Shown: positions 9,920-19,901, numbered from the stretch's first letter. The stretch is DNA of 64,000 bases from Dehalococcoidia bacterium (GCA_049678605.1 JBAUEM010000113.1:9822-73821), one strand, 5' to 3'. Numbers and translations are program-made. The notes: generated by a model from the letters alone, not told the origin.

Positions 9920-10105
9920 ATGGAATGGTATTGCTTTAAATGTAAAGAGAAAATGGCAGAGGGTGAGGTAAACCTAGTCTATGGGGATATGAAGTTACCA
10001 GGAGCTTTTGGAGTTAAATGCCCTAAATGTGAGGCGGAATACCTACTGGAGGAATTCGTGCTCACGCAAGTAAACGAAGGTGAGAAAATGCTGGAAGCGA
10101 AGTAA
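9920..10105 (+). CDS. Small zinc-ribbon protein (61 aa, CxxC...CxxC)
   Basis: CFKC ... CPKC pairs about 28 residues apart. 4 bp after the previous ORF and 14 bp before the methyltransferase. Confidence 0.45.
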   Translation: MEWYCFKCKEKMAEGEVNLVYGDMKLPGAFGVKCPKCEAEYLLEEFVLTQVNEGEKMLEAK

Positions 10106-10119
10106 GCGGTAAAGCGATT

Positions 10120-10887
10120 ATGAAGTCGGAGTTAGACGATTCCAGGCTAATGTCGCTTACCCAAGTTTTTGGAATGCGTCCCAGTAGACTTAAACTTATT
10201 GCTGACGCAGTAAGAATTGCTGGACTTAGCGACACCCATACGCTTTTAGAGGTCGGCTGTGGTAATGGAGCTGCAGCCGTTTTTTTATCCCAAAAATATG
10301 GCTGCAATGTCGTTGGCATCGATTCATCGGAAAGGATGATTGCTTTAGCGGCAAGACAAGCCGAAGCTGAGAGGTTAGCTTATAACGTGAAGTTTTTGGT
10401 GGCAGACGCAGTGAATTTACCCTTTCCAGATTCTATGTTTGATACCATAATATGTGAAGCTGTCTTCTCCACTATTGTAGATAAAGAAAGGGCTGCTAAA
10501 GAGTTCAAGCGCGTCTTAAGATCTGGCGGGAAATTATTAATACTAGACTTTGTACTTCGAAGGCAAGTAACAAAGAAACTTCAGAGCAAAGTGTCTTCCC
10601 TTCCTTGTTTAGCCAGAACAAGACAGTTAGAGGGATATATCAGGCTCTTTGAACAAGTGGGCTTTCAAAATTCCTACATTGAAGACTACCCACAGGAAGT
10701 GAAAAGGACAGGTTGGTGGATAGCTTATACCTCTGGTTCTTGGGTTAAGTTGTTTGCTAACCCATCAGCACAGTCCGACTGCGGTAGTAAAGAGATATTA
10801 GATGTTGATTCACTTATTGAGACCTGTCAAAGGTTCTCTAAGGAAGCGGAGCTTGGGTATGCTTTGATAGCTCTGACCAAGCCATAG
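10120..10887 (+). CDS. Class I SAM-dependent methyltransferase
   Basis: LLEVGCGNGAAA (motif I), VVGIDSS, and FPDSMFDTIICEAVF motif layout of UbiE/ArsM-type methyltransferases. Confidence 0.8.
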   Translation: MKSELDDSRLMSLTQVFGMRPSRLKLIADAVRIAGLSDTHTLLEVGCGNGAAAVFLSQKYGCNVVGIDSSERMIALAARQAEAERLAYNVKFLVADAVNLPFPDSMFDTIICEAVFSTIVDKERAAKEFKRVLRSGGKLLILDFVLRRQVTKKLQSKVSSLPCLARTRQLEGYIRLFEQVGFQNSYIEDYPQEVKRTGWWIAYTSGSWVKLFANPSAQSDCGSKEILDVDSLIETCQRFSKEAELGYALIALTKP

Positions 10888-10973
10888 AGCAAGCAATTTC
10901 CTACCACCTTCTAAAAGGAGTGTAGTTTCATATTTATATAGCTTCTAGTTTATGTAATAGAGGGTTTGGCAAG

Positions 10974-12374
10974 ATGAAGGAGGTGCTAACTAAGACAGAG
11001 AGCCTGTGCCCGGTTTGTTTAAGCCGGATACCAGCCAAAAGGGTAGTGGAGGGGGGAGATGTCTATCTGGAAAAAGATTGTCCCGAGCATGGTAACTTCA
11101 AGGCTCTGATTTGGCGAGATGCCGAGCTTTACCGTAATTGGAGTAAGTACAGCCAGCAGGCTGTTGGTCCTGAAAAAAGGATTACTGATATTGCTCGAGG
11201 CTGTCCCTATGATTGTGGTCTATGTCCCAGCCACGAGGCAGACACCTGCACCACTGTAATGGAAGTCACCCACAACTGTAACCTCAATTGTCCTATCTGC
11301 TTTGCTTCTGGCAACGAAGGTCTCCACCTCGAACCGGATAGCGATGCAATTCAAGGAATGTACCAAACCATCATAGAAGCCGGAGGACCTTACCCGGTGC
11401 AAATAAGTGGTGGGGAACCTACTATCCGGGATGACCTGCCCACCATTATAGCGCTAGGAAAGAAATTGGGGTTTTATCATATTCAGATAAATACCAATGG
11501 CATCAGAATAGCTCAAGATAAGGAATATCTTGAAAGGCTAAAAGAGAGTGGTGCTGACCTGATATACCTCCAGTTCGATGGCGTATCCGACGATGTTTAT
11601 CGTACTATCCGAGGTAGAAACCTATTTGACCTCAAGGTTCGAGCGATAAGTAATTGCGCTGCGGTGAAGATAGGGGTCGTCCTGGTGCCGACAGTGGTTC
11701 CCAATGTTAATCTTCACCAGTTAGGCGAGGTTGTCCAATTTGCTAAAAAATGGATACCTACGGTGAAAGGTATCCATTTCCAACCGGTTAGCTATTTTGG
11801 CAGGTATCCCCAATCACCGAAAGACGAAGATAGGGTAACCTTACCAGATGTTCTGGATGGGTTAGTAGTCCAGACCAGGGGCGAGCTTAAGAAAGCGGAT
11901 TTTGTGCCTCGCAGATGTGAGGACTCGCATTGTGCGTTTAGTAGTTTTTTTGTACTGATGGAGGATGGTAAATTACAAGCAAGGACAGACATCGCCCGGG
12001 AATCAGTAAGCGGATCCGGCTATAAGAAAGACCCCCCTGCGGTAACAGCGAGAAGGTTTATCAATAGACGTTGGAGATTGGTTAATGAAGAGGCAGAACA
12101 GACTGCGAAAGGGTGTGGCCAGTGCTGTGGACAAAATCAAGACTCCTGGCTACGTTTCAGAAAAAGAGAAGGCCTGTACTACCTGACGATTACTGGCATG
12201 CCCTTCCAAGATGTATGGACCCTCGATTTACAAAGGCTAAAGAGATGTTGTGTTCATGTGGTCACCAATAGTAAGCAATTAATACCCCTGTGTGCTTTTT
12301 ATGTCACCAGTATTACCGGGGAAAGGCTATACCAGAACCTTTCCACAGACACTGCACTGTCTCTCACAGATTAG
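10974..12374 (+). CDS. Multi-cluster radical SAM enzyme, paralog 1 (Tes/GDGT-MAS / COG1964-like architecture)
   Basis: CPVC...CPEHG rubredoxin/Zn-ribbon-like site; GCPYDCGLCP (Cx3Cx2C). CNLNCPICF (canonical radical SAM Cx3Cx2C) followed by SGGEPT. C-terminal CEDSHC and RLKRCC...PLCA. Confidence 0.7.
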   Translation: MKEVLTKTESLCPVCLSRIPAKRVVEGGDVYLEKDCPEHGNFKALIWRDAELYRNWSKYSQQAVGPEKRITDIARGCPYDCGLCPSHEADTCTTVMEVTHNCNLNCPICFASGNEGLHLEPDSDAIQGMYQTIIEAGGPYPVQISGGEPTIRDDLPTIIALGKKLGFYHIQINTNGIRIAQDKEYLERLKESGADLIYLQFDGVSDDVYRTIRGRNLFDLKVRAISNCAAVKIGVVLVPTVVPNVNLHQLGEVVQFAKKWIPTVKGIHFQPVSYFGRYPQSPKDEDRVTLPDVLDGLVVQTRGELKKADFVPRRCEDSHCAFSSFFVLMEDGKLQARTDIARESVSGSGYKKDPPAVTARRFINRRWRLVNEEAEQTAKGCGQCCGQNQDSWLRFRKREGLYYLTITGMPFQDVWTLDLQRLKRCCVHVVTNSKQLIPLCAFYVTSITGERLYQNLSTDTALSLTD

Positions 12375-12401
12375 GGAATTCACCTGGATAATGGTAATTG
12401 G

Positions 12402-13754
12402 ATGAAAGAGATACTGAAAGAAACAGAGAGCCTATGTCCAGTTTGCCTGAGCAGGATACCAGCGAGGATAATCACTGAAAATAACAAGGTTTACCTGGAG
12501 AAAAGTTGCCCCCGACATGGCGATTATAAAGTTATCATTTGGAGGAATGACGCTGAACATTACCTTAAATGGGCTAAGTTTGGTGGTGATAGAATTCCTA
12601 CAGGCCCCAAGAAGAGGCTTACCGAGCATAATGGGGGTTGTCCCTATGACTGTGGTATTTGTCCGGACCATGAGCAAGACACTTCTTCCGCAGCTATTAT
12701 GACTACCAATAGGTGTAACCTGCACTGTCCTATTTGTTTTACCTATGGCGACGAAGGACCTGTCTATGAGCCTTCCCTGGATAGCATTAAAAGGATGTAT
12801 CAAGTCGTGTTGGATACTTGCGGGACATATCCTGTAGAACTGTGTGGTGGGGAACCAACCGTCCGGGATGACCTGCCTCAGGTTATTGCTGCCGGTAAGG
12901 AGATGGGCTTTGATCATATCCAAATAAATACGAATGGCATCAGACTGGCTAAAGACAAGGAATATCTGAGTAGATTAAAGGAGGCGGGGGCTACTACTAT
13001 CTATCTTCAGTTTGATGGTGTAACTGATGAGGTATATCGTTATACCCGAGGCACAAGCCTCTTTGACCTCAAGGTCCAAGCGATAAATAATTGTGCTGAG
13101 GTGAAGATAGGGGTTACCCTGGTGCCAACAGTCATCCCCAATGTTAATTTTGAGCAAATAGGAGACATCATCCAGTTTGCCAAGAGATGGGTGCCCACGG
13201 TAAAAGGAGTTTACTTCCAGCCAATCAGTTACTTTGGTAGATACTCAGGAACACCCGGGGACAGTGATAGGCTAACTATACCAGATATACTTAGGGCTCT
13301 TGAGGAACAAACACAGGGAGAGTTAAGGGAGAGCAACTTCGTGCCTCCTGTCTGTGAGCATCCTCACTGCTCTTTTTCAGGCTTCTTCATATTGATGGAG
13401 GACGGGAGGTTATTAGCAACCACCCACTTGCAACCGAGACAAATCAATGAAGACGGGGCTGAACATTCAAGACGATTTGCCAAGCAATATTGGAGATTTG
13501 TTGAGGAAGACGATGTACCATCCTACCCACTGTCTCAATATGAGGCGACTCCCTTTGGTAGTTTTTTACAGCATCTTCAAAGGAAGTATTTATACATTTC
13601 AGGCATGGCCTTTCAAGATGTGTGGAATATCGACCTTGAAAGACTGAAGAGATGCTGTATTCACATCGTTACTTTTACAGGGAAGATGGTACCTTTATGC
13701 GCCAAATACTTGACCAGCGTCGACGGGCAGCGGCTTTACCCGGGAATAGCATAG
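12402..13754 (+). CDS. Multi-cluster radical SAM enzyme, paralog 2
   Basis: Collinear with the upstream paralog over its whole length. Same four Cys blocks: CPVC...CPRHG; GCPYDCGICP; CNLHCPICF plus CGGEPT; CEHPHC and RLKRCC...PLCA. Confidence 0.7.
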   Translation: MKEILKETESLCPVCLSRIPARIITENNKVYLEKSCPRHGDYKVIIWRNDAEHYLKWAKFGGDRIPTGPKKRLTEHNGGCPYDCGICPDHEQDTSSAAIMTTNRCNLHCPICFTYGDEGPVYEPSLDSIKRMYQVVLDTCGTYPVELCGGEPTVRDDLPQVIAAGKEMGFDHIQINTNGIRLAKDKEYLSRLKEAGATTIYLQFDGVTDEVYRYTRGTSLFDLKVQAINNCAEVKIGVTLVPTVIPNVNFEQIGDIIQFAKRWVPTVKGVYFQPISYFGRYSGTPGDSDRLTIPDILRALEEQTQGELRESNFVPPVCEHPHCSFSGFFILMEDGRLLATTHLQPRQINEDGAEHSRRFAKQYWRFVEEDDVPSYPLSQYEATPFGSFLQHLQRKYLYISGMAFQDVWNIDLERLKRCCIHIVTFTGKMVPLCAKYLTSVDGQRLYPGIA

Positions 13755-13770
13755 TTAGGAGACAAATCAA

Positions 13771-15156
13771 ATGGCAGAGCGGATTTCCCTACAGGAGTCA
13801 CTCAGCAAGATACTTAAACAAAGGATAAAGAGGGAGACTCCGGAATACCGAAAACATATTGTTAAGGAAAGCCTGGAGAAAATAACCAGAGGTGATTTTG
13901 AGGATTTTCAGATTTTCCAGCTTCGGAATACATTGCACTATGTTTATGACAAGAGCCTGTTTTACCGAGAACTGTTTAGCAAAAAGGGAATAGAGCCTGG
14001 TGAAGTCCAATCCCTGGCTGATTTGGCCAGGCTTCCTTTAACTACACCCGAGGAGTTGGCCGAGAAACCCCTTAGATTCTTATGTGTTCCCCTGGGAGAT
14101 GTGACCCGGGTGATTACTTTTACTAGCTCCGGTACCACTGGCCCGCAGAAGAGGATTTCTTTTAGTGAAAAGGATGTTGAGGTAATGACCGATTTTATGG
14201 GGGCTGGCATAAGCGTGGTGGCTACCTGCGACGATGTCGTTCAGATAATGCTGCCCAGGGGTCCGGTTTTAGGGCAGTCTGACCTGCTGGCACGAGGTGT
14301 AGAGAAAATGGGCGCTACGCCAGTCATCACTGGTACTGACCCAACCCCCGAGGAGCAAATTCAGGCGATTGAGAGACATAGCTCAACCGTTGTGTTCTGT
14401 GAGACACTCCGTTTTAACCGCATTACGGTGGCAGCTAAAAACAATCATGATTTAACAAAATTGGGGGTCAAAGCCCTATTCCTTACTTCCAACTATCTAT
14501 CTGACTCGATGAGGGTTAACCTCCAATCTGCATGGAACTGTGAAGTCTTCACCCACTACGGGTTAACTGAGATGGGATTAGGGGTAGCTGTGGAGTGCCC
14601 AGCCCATAATGGCTACCACTTTAACGAGGCTGATCTTCTGGCCGAGATTATAGACCCGGAAACCGGGGAGGTTTTGCCTGACGGGGAGGAAGGAGAACTA
14701 GTCTTTACCACCTTAACTAGAGAAGCAATGCCGTTAATCAGATACAGAACGCACGATATATCCAGGTTGAGCGTTAAACCTTGTGAGTGTGGCATAACCA
14801 CTCTCAAGAAGTTGGACAGGACAACACGAAGGCTGGAGTCAGCAGTAAGAATAGGAGAGGGAGATGAGATATACCCAGCGATGTTTGACGAGGCACTTTA
14901 TGCGATTCCCGACATCGTTGGTTATGAAGTGAGCGTTAGCAAGGATGATGTCAAAGATAGTCTGACTTTTCAGGTGGAGATAGCTAGAAAAGGAGCAGCG
15001 GTCGAAGAACTGGTAAGAGAAGTAATATTAAAAGTCCCGCCGGTTCAAAAAAATGTCAAAATAGGAAAAATGACCATACCCGAGATACAACTGGTAACCC
15101 CAGGCTCACTGCAAAAAAGCACTCGAGCCAAAAAATTGATAAAGGATATGCGCTAG
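13771..15156 (+). CDS. Adenylate-forming ligase of the phenylacetate-CoA ligase (PaaK) / F390 synthetase family
   Basis: FTSSGTTGPQKR AMP-binding P-loop, YGLTEMG, and C-terminal lid domain. About 460 aa, as in the PaaK family. Confidence 0.75.
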   Translation: MAERISLQESLSKILKQRIKRETPEYRKHIVKESLEKITRGDFEDFQIFQLRNTLHYVYDKSLFYRELFSKKGIEPGEVQSLADLARLPLTTPEELAEKPLRFLCVPLGDVTRVITFTSSGTTGPQKRISFSEKDVEVMTDFMGAGISVVATCDDVVQIMLPRGPVLGQSDLLARGVEKMGATPVITGTDPTPEEQIQAIERHSSTVVFCETLRFNRITVAAKNNHDLTKLGVKALFLTSNYLSDSMRVNLQSAWNCEVFTHYGLTEMGLGVAVECPAHNGYHFNEADLLAEIIDPETGEVLPDGEEGELVFTTLTREAMPLIRYRTHDISRLSVKPCECGITTLKKLDRTTRRLESAVRIGEGDEIYPAMFDEALYAIPDIVGYEVSVSKDDVKDSLTFQVEIARKGAAVEELVREVILKVPPVQKNVKIGKMTIPEIQLVTPGSLQKSTRAKKLIKDMR

Positions 15157-15165
15157 GAGGTCTGA

Positions 15166-16449
15166 ATGAAATCTGACGGAGTTGACCAGGCGAAAACTCC
15201 GGGTTTTTTCCACGGCTGGGTAGTGGTAGCAGCGGCCTTCTTCGTAGCTCTCGTCTCATATGGGGTTCAATACTCCTTTGGCATATTCCTCAAGCCTCTC
15301 TCAGAAGATTTTGGCTGGAGTCGGACACTAGTATCGGGAACTGCTTCACTTTTCAACTTTTTGCGTGGCGCCCTGGCCATCCTCACCGGGTGGGCCACCG
15401 ATAGGTACGGACCTAGAATAACAGTCGCCATCGGTGGCTTTTTCTTGGGTCTGGGCCTCCTATTGACCAGCCAAATCAGCGCTGCCTGGCAATTATATTT
15501 ATTCTACGGTCTAATGGCAGGGTTCGGACTAAGTGTGGCCTTTGCTCCTTTAGTGGCAACAGCGTCAAGGTGGTTCGTGTCAAAGCGGGGTCTGGCAATA
15601 GGTATTGTTGTTGCCGGAATAGGGATGGGCACAGTAGCAATGTCTCCGTTAGCCAGCTATCTCGTCGCTACCTATGATTGGAGCTTGTCCTATATCATTA
15701 TCGGGTTCCTGGCCTGGATTATCGTTATTCCAGCGTCATTGTTTTTAAGGCGAAGTCCCGAGGAGAAGGGGCTTTTGCCATTAGGTGAAACTGCGGCGAT
15801 AGCGGGTGATGAGGAGAATTCAAATATAGCAAAAAAAGAGGACAGCCTTGCTTCAGACAGAGCAGGATTCTCACTAAAAGACGCAGTGCATACCAGAGCA
15901 TTCTGGCTGTTATTGGCGATGATTATCCTTTGGTCCACATGCGTACAAATGTCAATGTTCCACATATACCCCCATGCAACCGACCTCGGCATACCCAAAG
16001 TAGAGGCTGCTAACATCTTGATTTTGATCGGCGTTTTCAGCATTATCGGCCGACTGGTGATGGGTGCCGTCTCCGACAAACTGGGGGGAAAGCTCACACT
16101 CGCTATCTGTTTGATCCCCCAAGCAGTGGCGATGTTCTGGCTCCTAGGGGCGACAGATATATGGATGCTCTATCTGTTTGCCGCAGTCTTTGGGTTTGCC
16201 TATGGAGGTTGTGTTCCCCAGCTCCCGCTAATGGTTGGGGAAATCTTTGAGCTGAAGTCAATAGGCGCAATTGTTGGGGTTCAAATGTTAGGGGTAGCGA
16301 TCGGCGGAGCGATTGGGCCGCTCCTGGGAGGATATGTGTTTGATGTAACGGGTACGTATAACCTTGCTTTCCTGGTCAGCGGCATATGTATCATCCTGGC
16401 GCTGGTACCTCTCGCCTTTATCAGGGTACCAAGGAAGGTGAGATACTGA
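15166..16449 (+). CDS. MFS transporter (oxalate/formate antiporter-like subfamily)
   Basis: About 12 predicted hydrophobic helices with a central charged loop. GWATDRYGPR-type motif between TM2 and TM3. Confidence 0.8.
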   Translation: MKSDGVDQAKTPGFFHGWVVVAAAFFVALVSYGVQYSFGIFLKPLSEDFGWSRTLVSGTASLFNFLRGALAILTGWATDRYGPRITVAIGGFFLGLGLLLTSQISAAWQLYLFYGLMAGFGLSVAFAPLVATASRWFVSKRGLAIGIVVAGIGMGTVAMSPLASYLVATYDWSLSYIIIGFLAWIIVIPASLFLRRSPEEKGLLPLGETAAIAGDEENSNIAKKEDSLASDRAGFSLKDAVHTRAFWLLLAMIILWSTCVQMSMFHIYPHATDLGIPKVEAANILILIGVFSIIGRLVMGAVSDKLGGKLTLAICLIPQAVAMFWLLGATDIWMLYLFAAVFGFAYGGCVPQLPLMVGEIFELKSIGAIVGVQMLGVAIGGAIGPLLGGYVFDVTGTYNLAFLVSGICIILALVPLAFIRVPRKVRY

Positions 16450-16604
16450 GGTGGTCCCTGCAATTTGGACAGCTTGTTAAGGTCGGGGTCTGCTCCCTAA
16501 AATAATACACAGAAAAAGGGAGGAGCAGAACGTGAATCAGAACCGAAAGAAGCACAATTACATAATTGCACACCATTGTCACGAATCTCCTCTATCATAA
16601 CCGT

Positions 16605-17000
16605 TCAAAATCCTTGGTCATTCCCGGCAGCTAATGACATCTGCTGTGCCAAAGTTGGCAGAACGCTTTTTCTTTTTATAATTCGGTACCAGTCTTCGTA
16701 GTAGTAGATTCCCTGGAAGATAATGGCGGAGAGAATGCCGTAAGAGATCTCTGGTGCCAGAATGTAGAAGCTCCTTACCGCGAATACTCCGCCAATAACC
16801 AGAGCAAGAAACCAGTGGTGCAGGTGGAGCTGATAGTTCCGCCAGGGGATGATTACTGACCTGACAATTCCCTGTTTATCGTCTTTCCGTCCGCTGAGGC
16901 ACTTGGTAATGACGAAAGTGATAATCCAGCTCTTGTAGCAGAGTACACCAAAGAAGCAAAAGCCGACAATCAGGCTGGCGAGGACTAGCTTCTTCCTCAT
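16605..17000 (-). CDS. Small integral membrane protein, hypothetical
   Basis: 131 aa with three or four hydrophobic segments; no motif recognised. Confidence 0.4.
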   Translation of the reverse strand: MRKKLVLASLIVGFCFFGVLCYKSWIITFVITKCLSGRKDDKQGIVRSVIIPWRNYQLHLHHWFLALVIGGVFAVRSFYILAPEISYGILSAIIFQGIYYYEDWYRIIKRKSVLPTLAQQMSLAAGNDQGF

Positions 17001-17251
17001 TCTATCTCTTATGATAATCCTAAATAGCCCAAAAGTCCACTTGATATTACCACCTTTTCGCGGGCATTGGGGAAGCTCGGTAGCCTTTACAATGGATGTT
17101 TACAGCCATATAATTGGAGGGATGCAAAGGGATGCCATGGGGTTACCAGGTGGGGTGTTACCGCCAGGGGAACGGCACTAGAAAAAACAGCGCCATTTTA
17201 GAGCTAAAAAGTAGACATAAGCTTGAGTAATAACTAAAATTTAGCTTCTGT

Positions 17252-17323
17252 GCCAGCGTAGCTCAGGGGTAGAGCAGCGGTTTCGTAAACCGCCGGTCGT
17301 CGGTTCGAATCCGACCGCTGGCT
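17252..17323 (+). tRNA. tRNA-Thr (anticodon CGT)
   Basis: Hand-folded cloverleaf. Acceptor GCCAGCG/CGCTGGC; D arm GCTC/GAGC; anticodon stem GCGGT/ACCGC with loop TTCGTAA; T arm GTCGG-TTCGAAT-CCGAC. No encoded CCA. Confidence 0.9.
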
Positions 17324-17332
17324 GGGGATGAT

Positions 17333-18109
17333 ATGAGCAAATTTGTAGATAAATTGCAGAGTCTTTCTAAGTCTTCAACCACGCCCATAGGTTTTCATCC
17401 GTCTGTCTCTGCACTAAAAAGCCCAGCAATGTTGCTTATTGCGGGGCTGTCCGGGACACAGGTCAAGGAAGCCAAAATCGTGGCTGATGCCAATACTGAT
17501 GCCGGGTTGATATTGAGCGAGGGCCCAAGCGCCAGGATTGTTAAGCAAATGGTCGAAGCTGTGGGCGATGTCCCTCTGGGGGTATTTGTGAAGGGCATGA
17601 GCGAAGAGAAAATAAATGAGCTTGCGAGCCTGGGGTGCGACTTCGTGGTCCTTGACATTGGGATACCTGCCGCAGTATTACACAAAGAAGAGGTAGGCAA
17701 ATTTTTGATGATAGAGCCTTCATTAGACCAGGGTTTTGTTAGGGCCATTAATAGCCTTGAAGTAGATGGCGTGTTCATCAGTAGTAGAGGCGGAGATACT
17801 TTTGTTGCTGTGGAGCATCTGCTTGTTTGTCGGAGGTTCGTCGAGCTCTTAGAGAAGCCGGTTATTATGGCCTTGCCTACTCTGGTCACGAAGGCTGAGC
17901 TAACCAGTTTATGGCAAGTTGGGATAGATGGCGTAGTTACTCCCCCAACGCAGTCGGTTGAGGCATTGGCAGAGCTAAAGAAGATGATTGGCGATCTGCC
18001 CGGAGGAGCCAGAGGTCGCCGCGCCAAAGCAGGTGTGATACTCCCTCATTATGGTGGGGTTGTGGCTAGGGAGGAGGAGGATGAGGATGAGGAACAAGAG
18101 GAAATTTAG
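17333..18109 (+). CDS. Hypothetical protein with an acidic C-terminal tail
   Basis: 258 aa. Alternating beta/alpha-like pattern. Tail is REEEDEDEEQEEI. No family recognised. Confidence 0.4.
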   Translation: MSKFVDKLQSLSKSSTTPIGFHPSVSALKSPAMLLIAGLSGTQVKEAKIVADANTDAGLILSEGPSARIVKQMVEAVGDVPLGVFVKGMSEEKINELASLGCDFVVLDIGIPAAVLHKEEVGKFLMIEPSLDQGFVRAINSLEVDGVFISSRGGDTFVAVEHLLVCRRFVELLEKPVIMALPTLVTKAELTSLWQVGIDGVVTPPTQSVEALAELKKMIGDLPGGARGRRAKAGVILPHYGGVVAREEEDEDEEQEEI

Positions 18110-18138
18110 CCTGAATCTGGTTTTTCCCAAAGTAAGTC

Positions 18139-18753
18139 ATGGAAACAAGCCTGGGCCTATTTTTATTGTCAGCAGCGGGAATTTCTCTTACTGGCGTTAT
18201 GCTACCCGGACCAATGACTGCGGCTACCATAGCCAAGGGGTATAGTGACAAACACGCTGGTGCCTGGATTGCAGCAGGGCATGCTGTTATTGAGATACCG
18301 CTCATAGCTGCAATTTATTTTGGATTCGGGCATTTCATCGACTCTCCCCAGGTGGAAAAGGGTATATATATTGCCGGTGGCTTGATGCTGCTTTACCTGA
18401 GCTTCCGAATGTTTCGAGCCACTGGTGAGGCGCCTGGTGCGGTAGGCGGTCTACCGGCTAGCTCTTTACTGACAGGCATCGTAATTACGGGAACTAACCC
18501 GGCTTTTTACATATGGTGGGCGACTGTGGGTGCAGCCATGGTAACCGGTGCCGCCAAGTTCGGGCCTGCCGGTGTTATTTTGTTTACCATAGTGCACTTG
18601 CCTTGTGATTTTGCCTGGAGTGAATTTCTCTCTGTGAGTACATTTAAGTCAAGGCGGTGGTGGACACAGAAGGTACAAAAGATTGTGTTTAGCGTTTGTG
18701 CTTCGATTCTAGCTGGCTTTGGTGTCTGGTTTTGTCTTTCGGCGTTTCTATAA
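18139..18753 (+). CDS. LysE/RhtB-family amino acid exporter-like membrane protein
   Basis: 204 aa, six hydrophobic segments, N-terminal PGPMTAATIAKG motif typical of the LysE family. Confidence 0.6.
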   Translation: METSLGLFLLSAAGISLTGVMLPGPMTAATIAKGYSDKHAGAWIAAGHAVIEIPLIAAIYFGFGHFIDSPQVEKGIYIAGGLMLLYLSFRMFRATGEAPGAVGGLPASSLLTGIVITGTNPAFYIWWATVGAAMVTGAAKFGPAGVILFTIVHLPCDFAWSEFLSVSTFKSRRWWTQKVQKIVFSVCASILAGFGVWFCLSAFL

Positions 18754-18755
18754 AC

Positions 18756-19901
18756 TCAAGGGGCATTCTGGATTGCCTGAAAGTATTTCCCTTCAGTCTT
18801 TATAGATGGGGCAATAATCATTTTAACTTTATGCATTTCTTTGATGGTTCGAGCGCTGCATACTCCCATGCCAGTGCGCAGAGCGCCAACTAAGTTTTGA
18901 GTGCCGTTGGTGACAGAAGTAGGACCGAAGAGAATTTGCTCTAACGGGGCGGTAGTGCCAACTCTAACACGTGTCCCTCTAGGCAATGCTGGATGAGAAT
19001 GAGACATGCCCCAGTGATAGCCTTTTCCTGGCGCTTCTGTCGCTTGAGCCAAAGGCGAGCCAATCATTACAGCGTCAGCACCGGCGGCGAATGACTTGCA
19101 TAAATCGCCACCAGTGCGAATACCTCCATCTGTTATCACTGCTACGTATTTATCACTTTCCTTGAGATATGTTTCTCTAGCAGCAGCACAATTCAGAGTA
19201 GCAGTTATCTGGGGAACTCCAACGCCGATGACTTCCCGGGTGGTACAGGCAGCCCCAGGCCCCACTCCAACTAGGATGCCATCGACCCCTGTTCTCATTA
19301 GCTCCAATGCCGCGTTATAGCTGCAACAATTGCCTACTATGATAGGCAAGGACATTTGCTGGCATAGCTCGGGCAGGATAAGTCCCCGATAGCTCTTGGA
19401 GATGTGCCTTGCCGTGGTGACGGTAGATTGCACCACGAGTATATCCATCCCGGCATCCTTGGCTATGGGAGCCAACCATTTGGTGTTGGCTGGAGTTATA
19501 GATACGGCACAGATAACCCCAGCCTGTTTTATTGCTCCAATGCGTTGGCTAATGAGCTCTTCCTTGATAGGCTCAGAGTAAATTTTTTGAAGCAGGGGAG
19601 TAACTTCTTTCTCAGAAGTTTGAGCAATTTGGTTTAAGACCTCATCGGGGTTTTCGTACCTTGTCTGTATACCTTCTAGATTAAGGACAGCTAGCCCGCC
19701 AAGCTTGTTAAATTTAGTAGCAAAGGTGGGGTCAACAATAGCATCCATAGCTGAGGCTAGAATGGGGATGGACAAGGTGTAATTTTTTACGGTAAAGTCT
19801 ATGTTGGCTTGGTCAGGATTAATGGTTACATCTCCGGGGACAAGTGCAACTTCATCAAATCCATAAGTGCGTTCCATCTCTTTGAATTTAAGGCGAGGCA
19901 T
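18756..19901 (-). CDS. guaB3: GuaB3-type IMP dehydrogenase-related protein (no CBS insert)
   Basis: FDEVALVPG start, IMPDH TIM-barrel motifs (GVGPGAACTTR, DGGIRTGGD). About 380 aa without CBS domains. Confidence 0.8.
   Translation of the reverse strand: MPRLKFKEMERTYGFDEVALVPGDVTINPDQANIDFTVKNYTLSIPILASAMDAIVDPTFATKFNKLGGLAVLNLEGIQTRYENPDEVLNQIAQTSEKEVTPLLQKIYSEPIKEELISQRIGAIKQAGVICAVSITPANTKWLAPIAKDAGMDILVVQSTVTTARHISKSYRGLILPELCQQMSLPIIVGNCCSYNAALELMRTGVDGILVGVGPGAACTTREVIGVGVPQITATLNCAAARETYLKESDKYVAVITDGGIRTGGDLCKSFAAGADAVMIGSPLAQATEAPGKGYHWGMSHSHPALPRGTRVRVGTTAPLEQILFGPTSVTNGTQNLVGALRTGMGVCSARTIKEMHKVKMIIAPSIKTEGKYFQAIQNAP

Noticed and set aside
17000-17251. Possible small ncRNA in the 250-bp region upstream of tRNA-Thr (GC-rich gggatgcaaagggatgcc / ggtggggtgttaccgcc strings)
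   Set aside because: I found no convincing conserved fold, promoter-terminator pair or resemblance to a known RNA family. It may simply hold divergent promoters.
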